Positions 45,111 through 55,675 of a DNA stretch of 64,000 nt are shown here, piece by piece. Under the pieces are notes generated by a model that did not search any database, had not been told where the DNA came from, and saw only the letters and a list, made by a program, of their open reading frames with translations. This stretch comes from Comamonadaceae bacterium CG_4_9_14_3_um_filter_60_33. GTDB taxonomy: Bacteria; Pseudomonadota; Gammaproteobacteria; Burkholderiales; Burkholderiaceae_C. Position 1 is the first letter of the stretch. Each line of letters begins with the position of its first letter. The stretch spans positions 1,850 through 65,849 of the forward strand of contig PFUD01000032.1 of NCBI GenBank assembly GCA_002789915.1. The letters run 5' to 3'. The position numbers and the translations under genes were made by a program.

Positions 45111-46928
45111 ATGAAACTTCACACCACCATCGCCCACGTGACCCAGCGTATCGCCGAGCGCAGTTTGCCCACCCGCAGCGCGTATTTGGCGCGACTGGAA
45201 GCCGCCCGTAAACGACCACCGGGCGCCGAGCGCCTGGGCTGTGCCAACGTGGCGCACGCTTTTGCTGCCTTGCCCGGCAATGACAAGCTGCGCGTGGTGA
45301 CTGAGAAAGCACCCAACATCGGCATCGTCACCGCGTACAACGATATGCTGTCCGCCCATGCGCCGCTTCAGCACTACCCGGAGCTGATCAAGGCCGAGGC
45401 GCGCAAGCACGGCGCGACGGCTCAGGTGGCCGGGGGCGTGCCCGCCATGTGCGACGGTGTGACGCAAGGCACGCCGGGCATGGAGTTGAGCCTGTTTTCA
45501 CGCGATGTGATCGCCATGGCCACGGCGGTGGCGCTAAGCCATGACGTGTTTGCCGGTGCGCTGATGCTGGGCGTGTGCGACAAGATCGTGCCGGGGCTGC
45601 TGATTGGCGCGCTACAGTTTGGCCACTTGCCCACCGTGTTCGTGCCGGCCGGGCCCATGACTTCGGGCTTGTCCAACGGTGAAAAATCCAAGGTGCGCGA
45701 GCAGGCCGCCCAAGGTCTGGTCGGCCGCGCCGAACTGTTGGCGGCCGAGTCAGCGGCTTACCACAGCCCTGGCACCTGCACTTTTTACGGCACCGCCAAC
45801 AGCAACCAAATGCTGCTCGAAGCCATGGGCCTGCACGTGCCCGGCACGGCGTTCATCAACCCCGGTGCTGCCGTGCGCGACGAACTCACCCGCGAGGCCT
45901 TGCGCACCGTGCTGGGCAGCGCCGATTGCAAATGCCCGCCCATTGGCCGCGTGGTCGATGAGCGCTGCATCGTTAACGCGATGGTCGCCTTGCTCGCCAC
46001 CGGCGGCTCAACCAACCATTTGATCCACTGGGTGGCAGTGGCGCGCGCGGCCGGCATTGTGATCGACTGGAATGATTTCTCGGCGCTGTCCGATGTGGTG
46101 CCGCTGCTGAGCCGCGTTTACCCTAACGGCAGCGCCGACGTGAATCAGTTTCAAGCGGCCGGTGGCCCCGGCTTCATCATCCGCGAACTACTCGATGGCG
46201 GTTTCATGCACGCCGATGTACTGACCAACCGGGCAGGGGGCTTGCGCGAGTACACCGGTATTCCACGCGCCGCTGGAGACGGTCGGCTGCACTGGGACAC
46301 GGCGGCGGTCAGCCAGGACGAAGCGGTAGTGCGCCCGGCAAGTAACCCGTTCAGCGCCAGTGGCGGCCTGAAACTGCTGAAGGGCAACCTGGGGCGCAGC
46401 GTGATCAAGATTTCTGCTGTGCCCGACGACCGCCATGTGATCGAAGCGCCGTGCCGCGTGTTTGATTCGCAGGAAGCCCTGCACAAGGCCTTTGCCGCCG
46501 ACGAACTCAACCACGACCTGATTTGCGTGGTGCGATGGCAGGGTCCGCAGGCCAATGGCATGCCCGAGCTACACAAGCTCACGCCACCGCTGGCGGTGTT
46601 GCAGGGCAGGGGATTTAAAGTGGCGCTGGTGACCGATGGGCGCATGAGCGGCGCCTCCGGCAAGGTGCCAGCCGCCATCCATGTGTCGCCCGAAGCCGCC
46701 GCCGGTGGCCCGCTGGCCCGTGTGCGCGACGGCGACGTGATCCGGCTCGACGCCAATGCCGGTCTGCTGCAAGTGCTGATACCAGACGCCGACTGGGCCG
46801 CCCGCGAGGTGCTGTCCATGCCCGATGATTTGCGCGCCGCCAACGGCGTCGGTATGGGCCGTGAACTGTTTGCCAACATGCGCAGAAATTCCCTCAGTGC
46901 GGAAGAGGGCGCTTGCAGCTGGCTTTAG
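45111..46928 (+). CDS. edd: phosphogluconate dehydratase
   Basis: 605 aa. ILVD_EDD family motifs ([19 protein letters not shown]) and Edd-type N-terminus [18 protein letters not shown]. Confidence 0.9.
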   Translation: MKLHTTIAHVTQRIAERSLPTRSAYLARLEAARKRPPGAERLGCANVAHAFAALPGNDKLRVVTEKAPNIGIVTAYNDMLSAHAPLQHYPELIKAEARKHGATAQVAGGVPAMCDGVTQGTPGMELSLFSRDVIAMATAVALSHDVFAGALMLGVCDKIVPGLLIGALQFGHLPTVFVPAGPMTSGLSNGEKSKVREQAAQGLVGRAELLAAESAAYHSPGTCTFYGTANSNQMLLEAMGLHVPGTAFINPGAAVRDELTREALRTVLGSADCKCPPIGRVVDERCIVNAMVALLATGGSTNHLIHWVAVARAAGIVIDWNDFSALSDVVPLLSRVYPNGSADVNQFQAAGGPGFIIRELLDGGFMHADVLTNRAGGLREYTGIPRAAGDGRLHWDTAAVSQDEAVVRPASNPFSASGGLKLLKGNLGRSVIKISAVPDDRHVIEAPCRVFDSQEALHKAFAADELNHDLICVVRWQGPQANGMPELHKLTPPLAVLQGRGFKVALVTDGRMSGASGKVPAAIHVSPEAAAGGPLARVRDGDVIRLDANAGLLQVLIPDADWAAREVLSMPDDLRAANGVGMGRELFANMRRNSLSAEEGACSWL

Positions 46929-46989
46929 GCCGACGCATGGATTACCGCTGCGCATGCAATGACAGTCAACTATTTTTTTGAAAGCTCAC

Positions 46990-47643
46990 ATGACAACTCA
47001 AGCCCCCTTGACCGCCCTACAGGTCATGCAAGATGCGCCGGTGATTCCGGTGATTGTGCTCAACGACGTGGCGCATGCGGTACCGATGGCACGCGCCTTG
47101 TTGGCTGGCGGCATTCGTATGCTTGAAGTCACGCTGCGCACACCGCAGGCGCTGGCCTGCATCGAGGCCATCGCCCGAGAAGTGCCTGAGGCCGTGGTGG
47201 GCGCCGGCACGGTACGCTCCCGCGCCGATGCCCAAGCGGCTGCCAACGCCGGTGCGCGCTTTGCCGTGAGCCCGGGCTACACATCAACTGTGGGCCAAGC
47301 CTGCCGCGATATGGGCCTGGCGTTGTTGCCCGGAGTGGCCACCGGCGGCGAGATCATGTCCGCCTGCGAGGATGGTTTTACCGAACTCAAGTTTTTCCCG
47401 GCGGTACAAGCCGGAGGCGTGGCCATGCTCAAGGCGTGGGCCGGACCATTTTTTGATGTGAAATTTTGCCCGACCGGCGGTATCACTTTGCAAAACGCCC
47501 CGGACTTTCTGGCCTTGCGCAACGTAATCTGCGTTGGCGGCTCCTGGCTGGTGCCAGCGAGCACCGCAGAGCAGGGCGACTGGGGGCGCGTGACGCGGCT
47601 CGCCGGTGAAACCACCAATTTATTGAGGAATTTGGCGCGCTAA
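46990..47643 (+). CDS. eda: 2-keto-3-deoxy-6-phosphogluconate aldolase
   Basis: About 217 aa (ATG 46990; 46978 is also possible). PVIPVIVL...GIRMLEVTLRTP...KFCPTGGI are KDPG aldolase motifs. Confidence 0.9.
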   Translation: MTTQAPLTALQVMQDAPVIPVIVLNDVAHAVPMARALLAGGIRMLEVTLRTPQALACIEAIAREVPEAVVGAGTVRSRADAQAAANAGARFAVSPGYTSTVGQACRDMGLALLPGVATGGEIMSACEDGFTELKFFPAVQAGGVAMLKAWAGPFFDVKFCPTGGITLQNAPDFLALRNVICVGGSWLVPASTAEQGDWGRVTRLAGETTNLLRNLAR

Positions 47644-47662
47644 GCCTATATCTAAAAAATGA

Positions 47663-48055
47663 TCAGGCAGCTTGCGGCCGCTGTATGAGTTCGATCTGGT
47701 AACCGTCCGGGTCGGTGACAAAAGCAATCACTGTGCTGCCGCCCTTGACCGGGCCGGCCTCTCGGGTCACGTTGCCGCCGGCCGCCTTGATCTTGGCGCA
47801 GGCAGCCGCGGCATCCGGCACGGCCAGCGCGATGTGGCCGTAGGCGCTGCCCAGTTCGTAGTGGTCAACACCCCAGTTGTAGGTGAGTTCCAGTTCGGCA
47901 TGGTCCGGGTTGCTACCGTAGCCAACGAAGGCCAGCGTGTACTTGTACTCGGGGTTTTCTGACGTGCGCAATAGTTTCATACCAAGCACATTGGTATAAA
48001 AATCGATGGACCGCTGTAGGTTGCCAACGCGCAGCATGGTGTGGAGAATTCGCAT
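47663..48055 (-). CDS. gloA: lactoylglutathione lyase (glyoxalase I)
   Basis: 130 aa. [30 protein letters not shown]...GYQIELIQ. Confidence 0.9.
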   Translation of the reverse strand: MRILHTMLRVGNLQRSIDFYTNVLGMKLLRTSENPEYKYTLAFVGYGSNPDHAELELTYNWGVDHYELGSAYGHIALAVPDAAAACAKIKAAGGNVTREAGPVKGGSTVIAFVTDPDGYQIELIQRPQAA

Positions 48056-48133
48056 AGTTTGGGTTCCTTAAGTTAAGCTTGCACCTTGATATGGCGGGCA
48101 ATAATCAAGGCCATTATTCATCATGGAGTCCGC

Positions 48134-48517
48134 ATGACCCAGTTCAACAAAGTCATTTTATTTACCGACACCGACGGCCAGGCTCGCTTCAAGGAGGAAG
48201 CCTTGGCGCTCGACCAGGGTAGCCCCAAGTCGGCGCTGTCAGCCTTGATGCCCTCGGGCGGTTACCAGCTACGCACCAGCCCGGTTGGTTTTCGCAGCAG
48301 CTACCACTGCACCACAGATCCGCAATGGGTGTTTATTTTGGGCGGACAGATGGAGATTGGCTTGCACGATGGCAGTTCTCGCATCTTCAAGCCGGGCGAG
48401 CATTTTTATTCAGCCGACCTGTTGCCAGCGGGTCAGGCCTTTGATGACCATCGGCACGGCCACTGGAGCCGCCAGGTAGGTTCCGAGCCGCTGGTCACGC
48501 TGTTTTTGCGCGGCTGA
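48134..48517 (+). CDS. hypothetical protein, cupin-like
   Basis: 127 aa from ATG 48134. The beta-rich sequence with WVFILGGQMEIGLHDGSSRIFKPGEHF suggests a cupin barrel. No specific family recognised. Confidence 0.4.
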   Translation: MTQFNKVILFTDTDGQARFKEEALALDQGSPKSALSALMPSGGYQLRTSPVGFRSSYHCTTDPQWVFILGGQMEIGLHDGSSRIFKPGEHFYSADLLPAGQAFDDHRHGHWSRQVGSEPLVTLFLRG

Positions 48518-48531
48518 ATCGCGCTGACAAT

Positions 48532-50376
48532 TTAACGACCTGATTGGCCACGGGTACCGCTGGCATTGCGCGGGCGATTGCCGCTTGGCCTGCCAGCACC
48601 ACCGCTCGGTCGGCCAGCACCACCAGCATAGCCGCCACCGCCTGCGTTGCGGTTGCCGCCGCCATAGCCGCCACGGCGTGGGCCTCGGTCAGCCATCATG
48701 TCCACACTGGTGCGCATGGGGTCGGGTTGGCCACCAGCGCCTGAGCGCGAGGGTCCGGCACCGGCATCGACCGGGCCGCCATAACCACCGCCGTTGCCGC
48801 CGCCGTAGCCGCGTGCTTGACGCTGACCCGGGCCACGCACGGCTTGTTCTGCAGCTGACAAGTGGCTGCGCGGCTCGGCTTCGCGGCCTGATCCTGTGTT
48901 GCCAAAATTGTCATCATTGGCATGGCTGCCGCGCGCTTCACCTGCGTAAGGTGCGTTTGCGCCTGTGGCATTTCTGCCGCCACTGCGCCCGCCCCGGTTG
49001 CCACCGCGACCGCTTGGCGCCGGGCCTCTGCCGCCGCCACTGCCGCTGTTACCGCCGTTACCGCCGTTACCACCGCGTGCTGCCCCCGGGCCTTTGCTCT
49101 CGCGCACGCGGGTCAGCATTTCAGTGCGTGCCGCTTTGGCGGCCGCCATCATCACGTCGCGGCTGGGTGGTTTGCCGGCGCCGCCCCAGATGGTTTGGCG
49201 ACCCATGGCGATGGGTTCAGCTTTTTCACCGGGTTCGGGCATGAATTCTGGAATGATCTCTACCGCAATGTCCTGCTTGGTGTAGCGCTCGATGGCTTGC
49301 ATGAAGCCTTCTTCGTCCAGGCTCACCAGGTTCACCGCCATGCCATCGGCACCAGCGCGGCCGGTGCGGCCAATGCGGTGCACGTAGTCTTCGGTCACGT
49401 TGGGAATGTCGTAATTGACCACGTGCGGCAGATCGTCGATGTCGATGCCGCGCGCGGCAATGTCGGTGGCCACCAGCGCGCGCATGTCGCCGCTCTTGAA
49501 ACCGGCCAGCGCCTGGGTGCGTGCTGCCTGGCTTTTGTTGCCGTGCAGCGCCATGGCGGTGATGCCATTTTTTTCCAGGTATTCGGCGACGTTGTTGGCG
49601 CCGAATTTGGTGCGGGTAAACACCAGCACCTGGTTCCAGTTCTTTAACTGGATGATGTGCGCCAGCAGCGCCTTCTTTTTGCCACGGCCCACCGGGTGAA
49701 TCAGCTGGGTGATGCGCTGCACTGTGGTGTTGCGCGGCGTGACCTGCACACTTTGCGGGTTTTTCAGCAGCGTGTCGGCGAGTTCGCGGATTTCATCGCT
49801 AAACGTGGCTGAGAACAGCAGGCTTTGTTTGTCTTTGGGTACGGCGGCCAGCACTTTTTTCACGTCGTGGATAAAGCCCATGTCGAGCATGCGGTCGGCT
49901 TCATCGAGCACCAGAATTTGCACTTGGCTCAGGTCGACCATGCCTTGTTGCATCAGGTCGAGCAGGCGACCGGGAGTGGCCACCAGAATGTCCACACCTT
50001 TTTTCACGCGGCTGATTTGCGGGTTCATGCCGACGCCACCAAAAATGGCGGTCGAGCTTAATTCGACATATTTGCCGTAGGTTTGGACCGATTCCTCGAC
50101 CTGGGCGGCGAGTTCGCGTGTTGGCGTGAGCACCAGAGCGCGGGTGGCAATGCCACCAAACTTGTTGCGTGGCGCTTCTGAGGCCATCAGCTTGTGCAGC
50201 ATGGGCAGCACAAATGCTGCCGTTTTGCCAGTGCCAGTTTGGGCACCGCCGAGCAGGTCGAGACCTGCCAGCACCACCGGAATGGCTTGTGCCTGAATCG
50301 GCGTGGGAGTTTCGTAGCCTTGTTCAAGCACGGCTTTGATGATGGCCGGAGCCAGATTGAGTTCTTCAAATTTCAT
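48532..50376 (-). CDS. rhlE: DEAD-box ATP-dependent RNA helicase (RhlE-like) with a C-terminal Gly/Arg-rich tail of about 200 aa
   Basis: 614 aa. Q motif, AQTGTGKT, DEAD (VLDEADRMLDMGF), SAT, HRIGRTGRAG. The tail is rich in GGNGG, RGG and GGYGG. Confidence 0.9.
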   Translation of the reverse strand: MKFEELNLAPAIIKAVLEQGYETPTPIQAQAIPVVLAGLDLLGGAQTGTGKTAAFVLPMLHKLMASEAPRNKFGGIATRALVLTPTRELAAQVEESVQTYGKYVELSSTAIFGGVGMNPQISRVKKGVDILVATPGRLLDLMQQGMVDLSQVQILVLDEADRMLDMGFIHDVKKVLAAVPKDKQSLLFSATFSDEIRELADTLLKNPQSVQVTPRNTTVQRITQLIHPVGRGKKKALLAHIIQLKNWNQVLVFTRTKFGANNVAEYLEKNGITAMALHGNKSQAARTQALAGFKSGDMRALVATDIAARGIDIDDLPHVVNYDIPNVTEDYVHRIGRTGRAGADGMAVNLVSLDEEGFMQAIERYTKQDIAVEIIPEFMPEPGEKAEPIAMGRQTIWGGAGKPPSRDVMMAAAKAARTEMLTRVRESKGPGAARGGNGGNGGNSGSGGGRGPAPSGRGGNRGGRSGGRNATGANAPYAGEARGSHANDDNFGNTGSGREAEPRSHLSAAEQAVRGPGQRQARGYGGGNGGGYGGPVDAGAGPSRSGAGGQPDPMRTSVDMMADRGPRRGGYGGGNRNAGGGGYAGGAGRPSGGAGRPSGNRPRNASGTRGQSGR

Positions 50377-50700
50377 TTAGAGGTGCACCCCATCCAGGGC
50401 GCCAGGACATCAGCCTATTCTGGTGCGGGTAGCACCAGTTCAGTCAAAGGCAGATGGGATCAAAAATGGAACCGCGGTGTGATACCAAGGTTCTCAGCAA
50501 GGTGCTGGTCTTGCAGGCAACTGAAGCCCCGCAAGCCCGTGTATTGTCGCATGATCCGGCGTTGGCCCTGTTTTTCGCTAAATTTTCCCCGTTTGTAGGG
50601 AAAGTGTGACGGCTCGATTGCTTCGCTGCTGCGTTCGCTGCGAAGTGTCGTGTGTGCACCGATAATGCCCACTTTATTTCTTTGTGATTGCAACAGACCC

Positions 50701-52362
50701 ATGGCTCAATACGTATTTTCAATGAACCGCGTTGGCAAGATCGTGCCGCCCAAGCGGCACATTCTGAAAGACATTTCTCTCAGTTTTTTCCCTGGCGCCA
50801 AGATCGGCGTGCTGGGCACCAATGGTTCGGGCAAATCGACCCTGCTGCGAATCATGGCCGGTATCGACAAGGAAATCGAAGGTGAAGCCATCCCGATGCC
50901 GGGGCTCAATATCGGCTACCTGCCGCAAGAACCCCAATTGGACCCAGACAAAACCGTGCGCGAAACCGTGGAAGAGGCCATGGGCAAGGTGCTGAACGCC
51001 AAAGCGCGCCTGGAAGAGGTGTACATCGCCTATGGCGAAGAAGACGCAGACTTCGACAAGCTCGCCTCCGAACAAGCCGAGCTAGAAGCCATCATCGCCA
51101 CCGCCGGCACCGACTCCGAGCACCAGCTTGAAATCGCCGCTGACGCGCTGCGCCTGCCGCCGTGGGAGGCGCGTGTGGGCGTGTTGTCAGGTGGTGAAAA
51201 ACGCCGCGTGGCGCTGTGTCGTTTGCTGCTGGAGCACCCCGACATGCTGCTGCTTGACGAGCCCACCAACCACCTGGACGCCGAGTCGGTAGACTGGCTG
51301 GAACAATTTCTGCAGCGCTACAGCGGCACTGTGGTGGCGATTACCCACGACCGCTACTTTCTGGACAATGCCGCCGAGTGGATTCTGGAACTCGACCGCG
51401 GCAACGGCATTCCGTACAAAGGCAATTACAGCTCATGGATGGAGCAAAAGCAGGCGCGTCTGGAGCAGGAGCAAAAGGGCGAAGATTCCCGCGCCAAGGC
51501 GCTCAAGAAAGAACTGGAATGGTCGCGCCAGAACCCCAAGGCGCGTCAGGCCAAGAGCAAGGCCCGTTTGGCCCGCTTCGAGGAGTTGTCTGATTTTGAA
51601 TACCAAAAACGCAACGAGACCAACGAAATCTTTATTCCCGTGGCTGATCGCTTGGGCCAGGAAGTGATTGAGTTTGTCAATGTTACAAAGTCCTTTGGCG
51701 ACCGTGTGCTGATTGACAACCTGAGCTTCAAGGTGCCACCGGGCGCCATAGTTGGCATCATCGGCCCCAACGGCGCCGGTAAATCCACCTTGTTCAAGAT
51801 GATCGCCGGACGCGAGAAACCTGATTCCGGAGAAGTCAAGATCGGCCAAACCACCAAGATGGCCTTTGTCGATCAGAACCGAGACGACCTCAGCAACGAG
51901 AAAACCGTTTGGGAAGACGTCTCCGGTGGCCTCGATATTCTGAATATCGGCAAGTTCCAGATGGCCAGCCGGGCCTACTGCGGGCGCTTCAACTTCAACG
52001 GCGCCGACCAGCAAAAACGCGTCGGAACCCTTTCAGGCGGTGAACGCGGTCGCCTGCACCTGGCCAAAACGCTGATCGCCGGCGGCAACGTGCTGATGCT
52101 CGATGAGCCGTCCAACGACCTCGATGTGGAAACCCTGCGCGCCCTCGAAGACGCCTTGCTGGAGTTTGCCGGCTCGGTCATGGTGATCAGCCACGACCGC
52201 TGGTTTCTGGACCGCATTGCCACCCACATTCTGGCCTGCGAAGGTGACAGCCAGTGGTACTTTTATGACGGCAATTACCAAGAATACGAGGCTGACAAGA
52301 AGAGGCGATTGGGCGAAGAAGGCGCCCGCCCACACCGCATGCGTTACAAGGCCTTGCGCTGA
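50701..52362 (+). CDS. ettA: energy-dependent translational throttle protein EttA (ABC-F)
   Basis: 553 aa from ATG 50701 (MAQYVFSMNRVGKIVPPKRHILKDISLSFFPGAKIGVLGTNGSGKST). Two ABC cassettes with an inter-domain linker. Confidence 0.9.
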   Translation: MAQYVFSMNRVGKIVPPKRHILKDISLSFFPGAKIGVLGTNGSGKSTLLRIMAGIDKEIEGEAIPMPGLNIGYLPQEPQLDPDKTVRETVEEAMGKVLNAKARLEEVYIAYGEEDADFDKLASEQAELEAIIATAGTDSEHQLEIAADALRLPPWEARVGVLSGGEKRRVALCRLLLEHPDMLLLDEPTNHLDAESVDWLEQFLQRYSGTVVAITHDRYFLDNAAEWILELDRGNGIPYKGNYSSWMEQKQARLEQEQKGEDSRAKALKKELEWSRQNPKARQAKSKARLARFEELSDFEYQKRNETNEIFIPVADRLGQEVIEFVNVTKSFGDRVLIDNLSFKVPPGAIVGIIGPNGAGKSTLFKMIAGREKPDSGEVKIGQTTKMAFVDQNRDDLSNEKTVWEDVSGGLDILNIGKFQMASRAYCGRFNFNGADQQKRVGTLSGGERGRLHLAKTLIAGGNVLMLDEPSNDLDVETLRALEDALLEFAGSVMVISHDRWFLDRIATHILACEGDSQWYFYDGNYQEYEADKKRRLGEEGARPHRMRYKALR

Positions 52363-52385
52363 CAAACTGCGAATCGGGCACCAAA

Positions 52386-54692
52386 GTGACAGCAAACGTT
52401 CGATCCGAGCACTACCAGAATCTATTTCGTGCCGCACTTGGGCAGTCGGCGCGTGATGGCGAGGCCTTGTTGCGCGAAGTGTTGCATGCGGCACTGCGTT
52501 CGCTCGATGCCGAAATTGCGAAGTCAGCCGGGCGACCCGAGCGCGATCAGTTGCGTTTGAGCCGCCAACGGCTAGATAACAAGGCGGCAGCCCTGTGCGC
52601 CCAGTTTTCGGCGCAGTTGCGGCAGGTATTTCAAAGCAAACAGGTCCGAAGTTCCAAATTTGGGGAGCTGGCTTTAGGTGAATTGAGTCATGACCAGTTG
52701 GAGCAGATGGATGAAACCGAGGTGCAAGAGCGGCTTGAAATGGCGCGGGTTTTGCGTTCTGTGCAAGGTTCGGTGCAAGCTTCTCTGGATGAACTCGACC
52801 GCTACATGAGCGCGCTGGAGGGGCTTGATCATGTCAAACCTGCGCACAACCCCTTGCGGCCGCAAATCTACATCAAGGTCTTGCACACCTTGATGTTGGA
52901 TGCGTCTGTGCCCACAGCAAAGCGCATCAGCTGGCTCGGTCATATGGCGGCGCCTTTGGGCAAAGCTCTACAGGCCTCGTATGCCTCGCTGGCACAAAGA
53001 ATCAAGTCTTACGGTGTGGCGCCCTTGCCGTCGACCGAATCCGGAGCGCCTCACGGGCAATCCCGTGCGCCCGGCAAGGAACTTGTTCAGCCGCGAGCCG
53101 ATGCGGGTGAAGCTGCAAAGCAGTCTGGTGTGTTGACCCTGAATCGCTTGCATGATTTATTTGCAACGCAGCCGGCGGCCCATGAGCACAGGCCAGCTGA
53201 TGAATTGGACACGCAATTTGCAGGCGATCTTGACCTCAAAAGTTTGGCGGGTGACGACGAGCCCACCACCGACTTTGCTGCAACCATTCCTGCGGCTTTT
53301 GAAGCCCTGCAGAACATGTTTCAGGTGGATGACGTGTTGGCGCGTCTGCCACAACGCGACCGATCTGTATCTGAAACTTCCAGCCAGCCTGAGTCGATCC
53401 GGGAAAAATATCGCCATCAATGTAAAAATTCTGCACAAATCCTGAGTTTTGAGGTGATGTGCCAGATGATCGATAACCTGGCGCAAGACCCTCGTTTGCT
53501 AGAACCCATTCGGCGCGTGATTGAAGAACTGGAACCCGCCTTGTTCCAGTTGGTGAAGGTGGATGTGCGTTTTTTTAACAACAAGCAGCATCCGGCACGC
53601 CGCCTGCTGCAGGAACTGACCCAGCGCGGGCTGGCATTTGACTCGGTTGACGCGCCCGGCTATGCCCTTTTCATCAGGTCGCTGCATCGCTACGTCAATC
53701 CTTTGTCGCGCATGCCTGTTGACAGTGCCGAGCCCTTCGAGTTGGCACTGCGCAATCTCAACGCCATGTGGTCGGAACAATCGTCTGCGTCGAGCAAGAC
53801 AGTGGCTCAGGCCATGCAGGCGCTGGGACAGGCCGAAGAGCGCAATCTGCGCGCTGAGAAAATGGTGGCTGCGCTACAACACATACCCGATTTGCAGCGA
53901 GTGCCCGCAGCGGTTGCGGATTTTTTATGCGGCCCATGGGCGCAAGTGATGGCTTATGCCGAGCTCAATAATGTCGAGGGCGTCGAAGACCCCGGTGGCT
54001 ATAAAAATCTGGTGAATATCCTGCTTTGGAGCGCCCAACCCGACCTCACCTGGCGGCATCTGACCAAGCTGACCAGAGAAGCGGGCAGGCTGTTGTCCAA
54101 ATTGCGTGAGGGGTTGACCCTGATTAATTACCCTGCCAACCAGACCAGCACGTTTTTTGATGTACTGATGAAGTTACACCAACAGGCGTTGCAGCCTTCC
54201 ACGGGGGAATCTGAGCAGATTGTTTCGCCGTCCAGGGCAAACCTGCTTGGCGGCTACAAACAGTGGCTGGCACCTGAGGAGGCTGCTGCGTCTGGGTTCT
54301 TGGAGATGCACGATGATGCGCCGACCGCATCGCCCGACATAGCGGCTGATCGGCCTGCCAAACCCATGCTGGACTCTGTGATACCGCTGGCCAGTCAGGG
54401 CGAACAGGTTTCGTTTGATGTTGATCTGGTGCAGTTGACGGTTGGCGCATGGCTGGAAATGAATGTCGAGGGCGCCTGGCAACGCAACCAGCTCAGTTGG
54501 ATCAGTCCGCAAAACACAATGTACCTGTTCACCAATGCGGACGGCCGCTCCCAATCCATGACGCGGCGGTCCCTTGAAAGATTACTGGCTAGCCATGCCT
54601 TGCGCGTGGTGTCCGACCAGTCCATGGTGGACAGCGCACTCGATGCGGTGGTTCACAGTGCCATGCTCAACAGCCTTGATCTCCGGCTGTGA
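52386..54692 (+). CDS. large conserved hypothetical protein (possibly DUF1631 family)
   Basis: 768 aa, GTG start, mostly helical, with no catalytic motif I can recognise. The family call is from memory of size and composition only. Confidence 0.35.
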   Translation: MTANVRSEHYQNLFRAALGQSARDGEALLREVLHAALRSLDAEIAKSAGRPERDQLRLSRQRLDNKAAALCAQFSAQLRQVFQSKQVRSSKFGELALGELSHDQLEQMDETEVQERLEMARVLRSVQGSVQASLDELDRYMSALEGLDHVKPAHNPLRPQIYIKVLHTLMLDASVPTAKRISWLGHMAAPLGKALQASYASLAQRIKSYGVAPLPSTESGAPHGQSRAPGKELVQPRADAGEAAKQSGVLTLNRLHDLFATQPAAHEHRPADELDTQFAGDLDLKSLAGDDEPTTDFAATIPAAFEALQNMFQVDDVLARLPQRDRSVSETSSQPESIREKYRHQCKNSAQILSFEVMCQMIDNLAQDPRLLEPIRRVIEELEPALFQLVKVDVRFFNNKQHPARRLLQELTQRGLAFDSVDAPGYALFIRSLHRYVNPLSRMPVDSAEPFELALRNLNAMWSEQSSASSKTVAQAMQALGQAEERNLRAEKMVAALQHIPDLQRVPAAVADFLCGPWAQVMAYAELNNVEGVEDPGGYKNLVNILLWSAQPDLTWRHLTKLTREAGRLLSKLREGLTLINYPANQTSTFFDVLMKLHQQALQPSTGESEQIVSPSRANLLGGYKQWLAPEEAAASGFLEMHDDAPTASPDIAADRPAKPMLDSVIPLASQGEQVSFDVDLVQLTVGAWLEMNVEGAWQRNQLSWISPQNTMYLFTNADGRSQSMTRRSLERLLASHALRVVSDQSMVDSALDAVVHSAMLNSLDLRL

Positions 54693-54731
54693 AAACCTTT
54701 CAGATGTAGCACTGCCCCAAGCGGGATTAAA

Positions 54732-55181
54732 TCAAGCTGTTGCCAGCGCCGCTTTGACGGCTTGCGACACCATGGCCATGTCAGCCTTGCCTGCCAGTTG
54801 TGCCTTGACCGCAGCCATGACCTTGCCCATGTCGCCGGGGCCTTTGGCGCCCAAACTCGTCACAATGGCTTGCACCGCTGCGCTGACTTCCTCAGCATTC
54901 AAACGCTGCGGTAAATAGGCTTGCAACACCACGATCTCGGCACTTTCCTTGTCTGCCAGGTCCATGCGCTGAGCCTTGGTGTAGGCCTCCACGGAATCTT
55001 TGCGCTGCTTGATGAGCTTGTCCACAATGGCGATCATGTCGACGTCGCTCAGCACCACGCGCTCGTCCACTTCCTTTTGCTTGGCCGCGGCCAACAGCAG
55101 GCGGATGGTGCCCAGGCGCTCACTGTCTTTGGCGCGCATGGCGGTTTTCATGTCTTCGACAACTTGGTCTTTAAGTGACAT
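54732..55181 (-). CDS. GatB/YqeY domain protein
   Basis: 149 aa from ATG 55181 (GGAGAAAAAATG). MSLKDQVVEDMKTAMRAKDSERLGTIRLLLAAAKQKEVD is the YqeY signature. It lies downstream of rpsU, as is common. Confidence 0.85.
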   Translation of the reverse strand: MSLKDQVVEDMKTAMRAKDSERLGTIRLLLAAAKQKEVDERVVLSDVDMIAIVDKLIKQRKDSVEAYTKAQRMDLADKESAEIVVLQAYLPQRLNAEEVSAAVQAIVTSLGAKGPGDMGKVMAAVKAQLAGKADMAMVSQAVKAALATA

Positions 55182-55282
55182 TTTTTCTCCTTGAAAAAAG
55201 TTTTTGCATAAAAAAAAGCCCGCCTGAGCGTCCTCGGCGAGCTTGTGCAAGAGGCTGCTACAGCCCTGTCAAAATAACAGGA

Positions 55283-55495
55283 TCAGTACATCTTCTTGGG
55301 CAATTGCATGGCGCGAATGCGCTTGTAATTGCGTTTGACGGCCGCAGCCTTCTTGCGCTTACGCTCAGAGGTGGGTTTTTCGTAGAACTCGCGAGCACGC
55401 AAGTCAGTCAGAAGGCCCAGTTTTTCAATGGTGCGTTTGAAGCGGCGCAGTGCGACGTCAAAAGGTTCGTTGTCTTTAACACGGATGGTTGTCAT
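55283..55495 (-). CDS. rpsU: 30S ribosomal protein S21
   Basis: 70 aa. [42 protein letters not shown]. Confidence 0.95.
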   Translation of the reverse strand: MTTIRVKDNEPFDVALRRFKRTIEKLGLLTDLRAREFYEKPTSERKRKKAAAVKRNYKRIRAMQLPKKMY

Positions 55496-55675
55496 TACGT
55501 CAAGAGATCCTAAATATGCAAACGTTCAGTTTCAGGAAGATCGGGCCTGAAACTCAACAATTTACGAAGTTCCCCGCTTAAAAATTGATCAGGCAGCGGA
55601 GTTTTGCCAGCAAAGCCTTGGATTATAGCCATGTGCCAAGCCAAATCTGAGCTTGCCTTGCATGAAAAGACAAGC

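Noticed and set aside
48585-49285. Several overlapping 100-240-aa ORFs on both strands within the helicase tail region
   Set aside because: They arise from the Gly/Arg-rich repetitive coding DNA. The helicase frame is continuous with the DEAD-box core.
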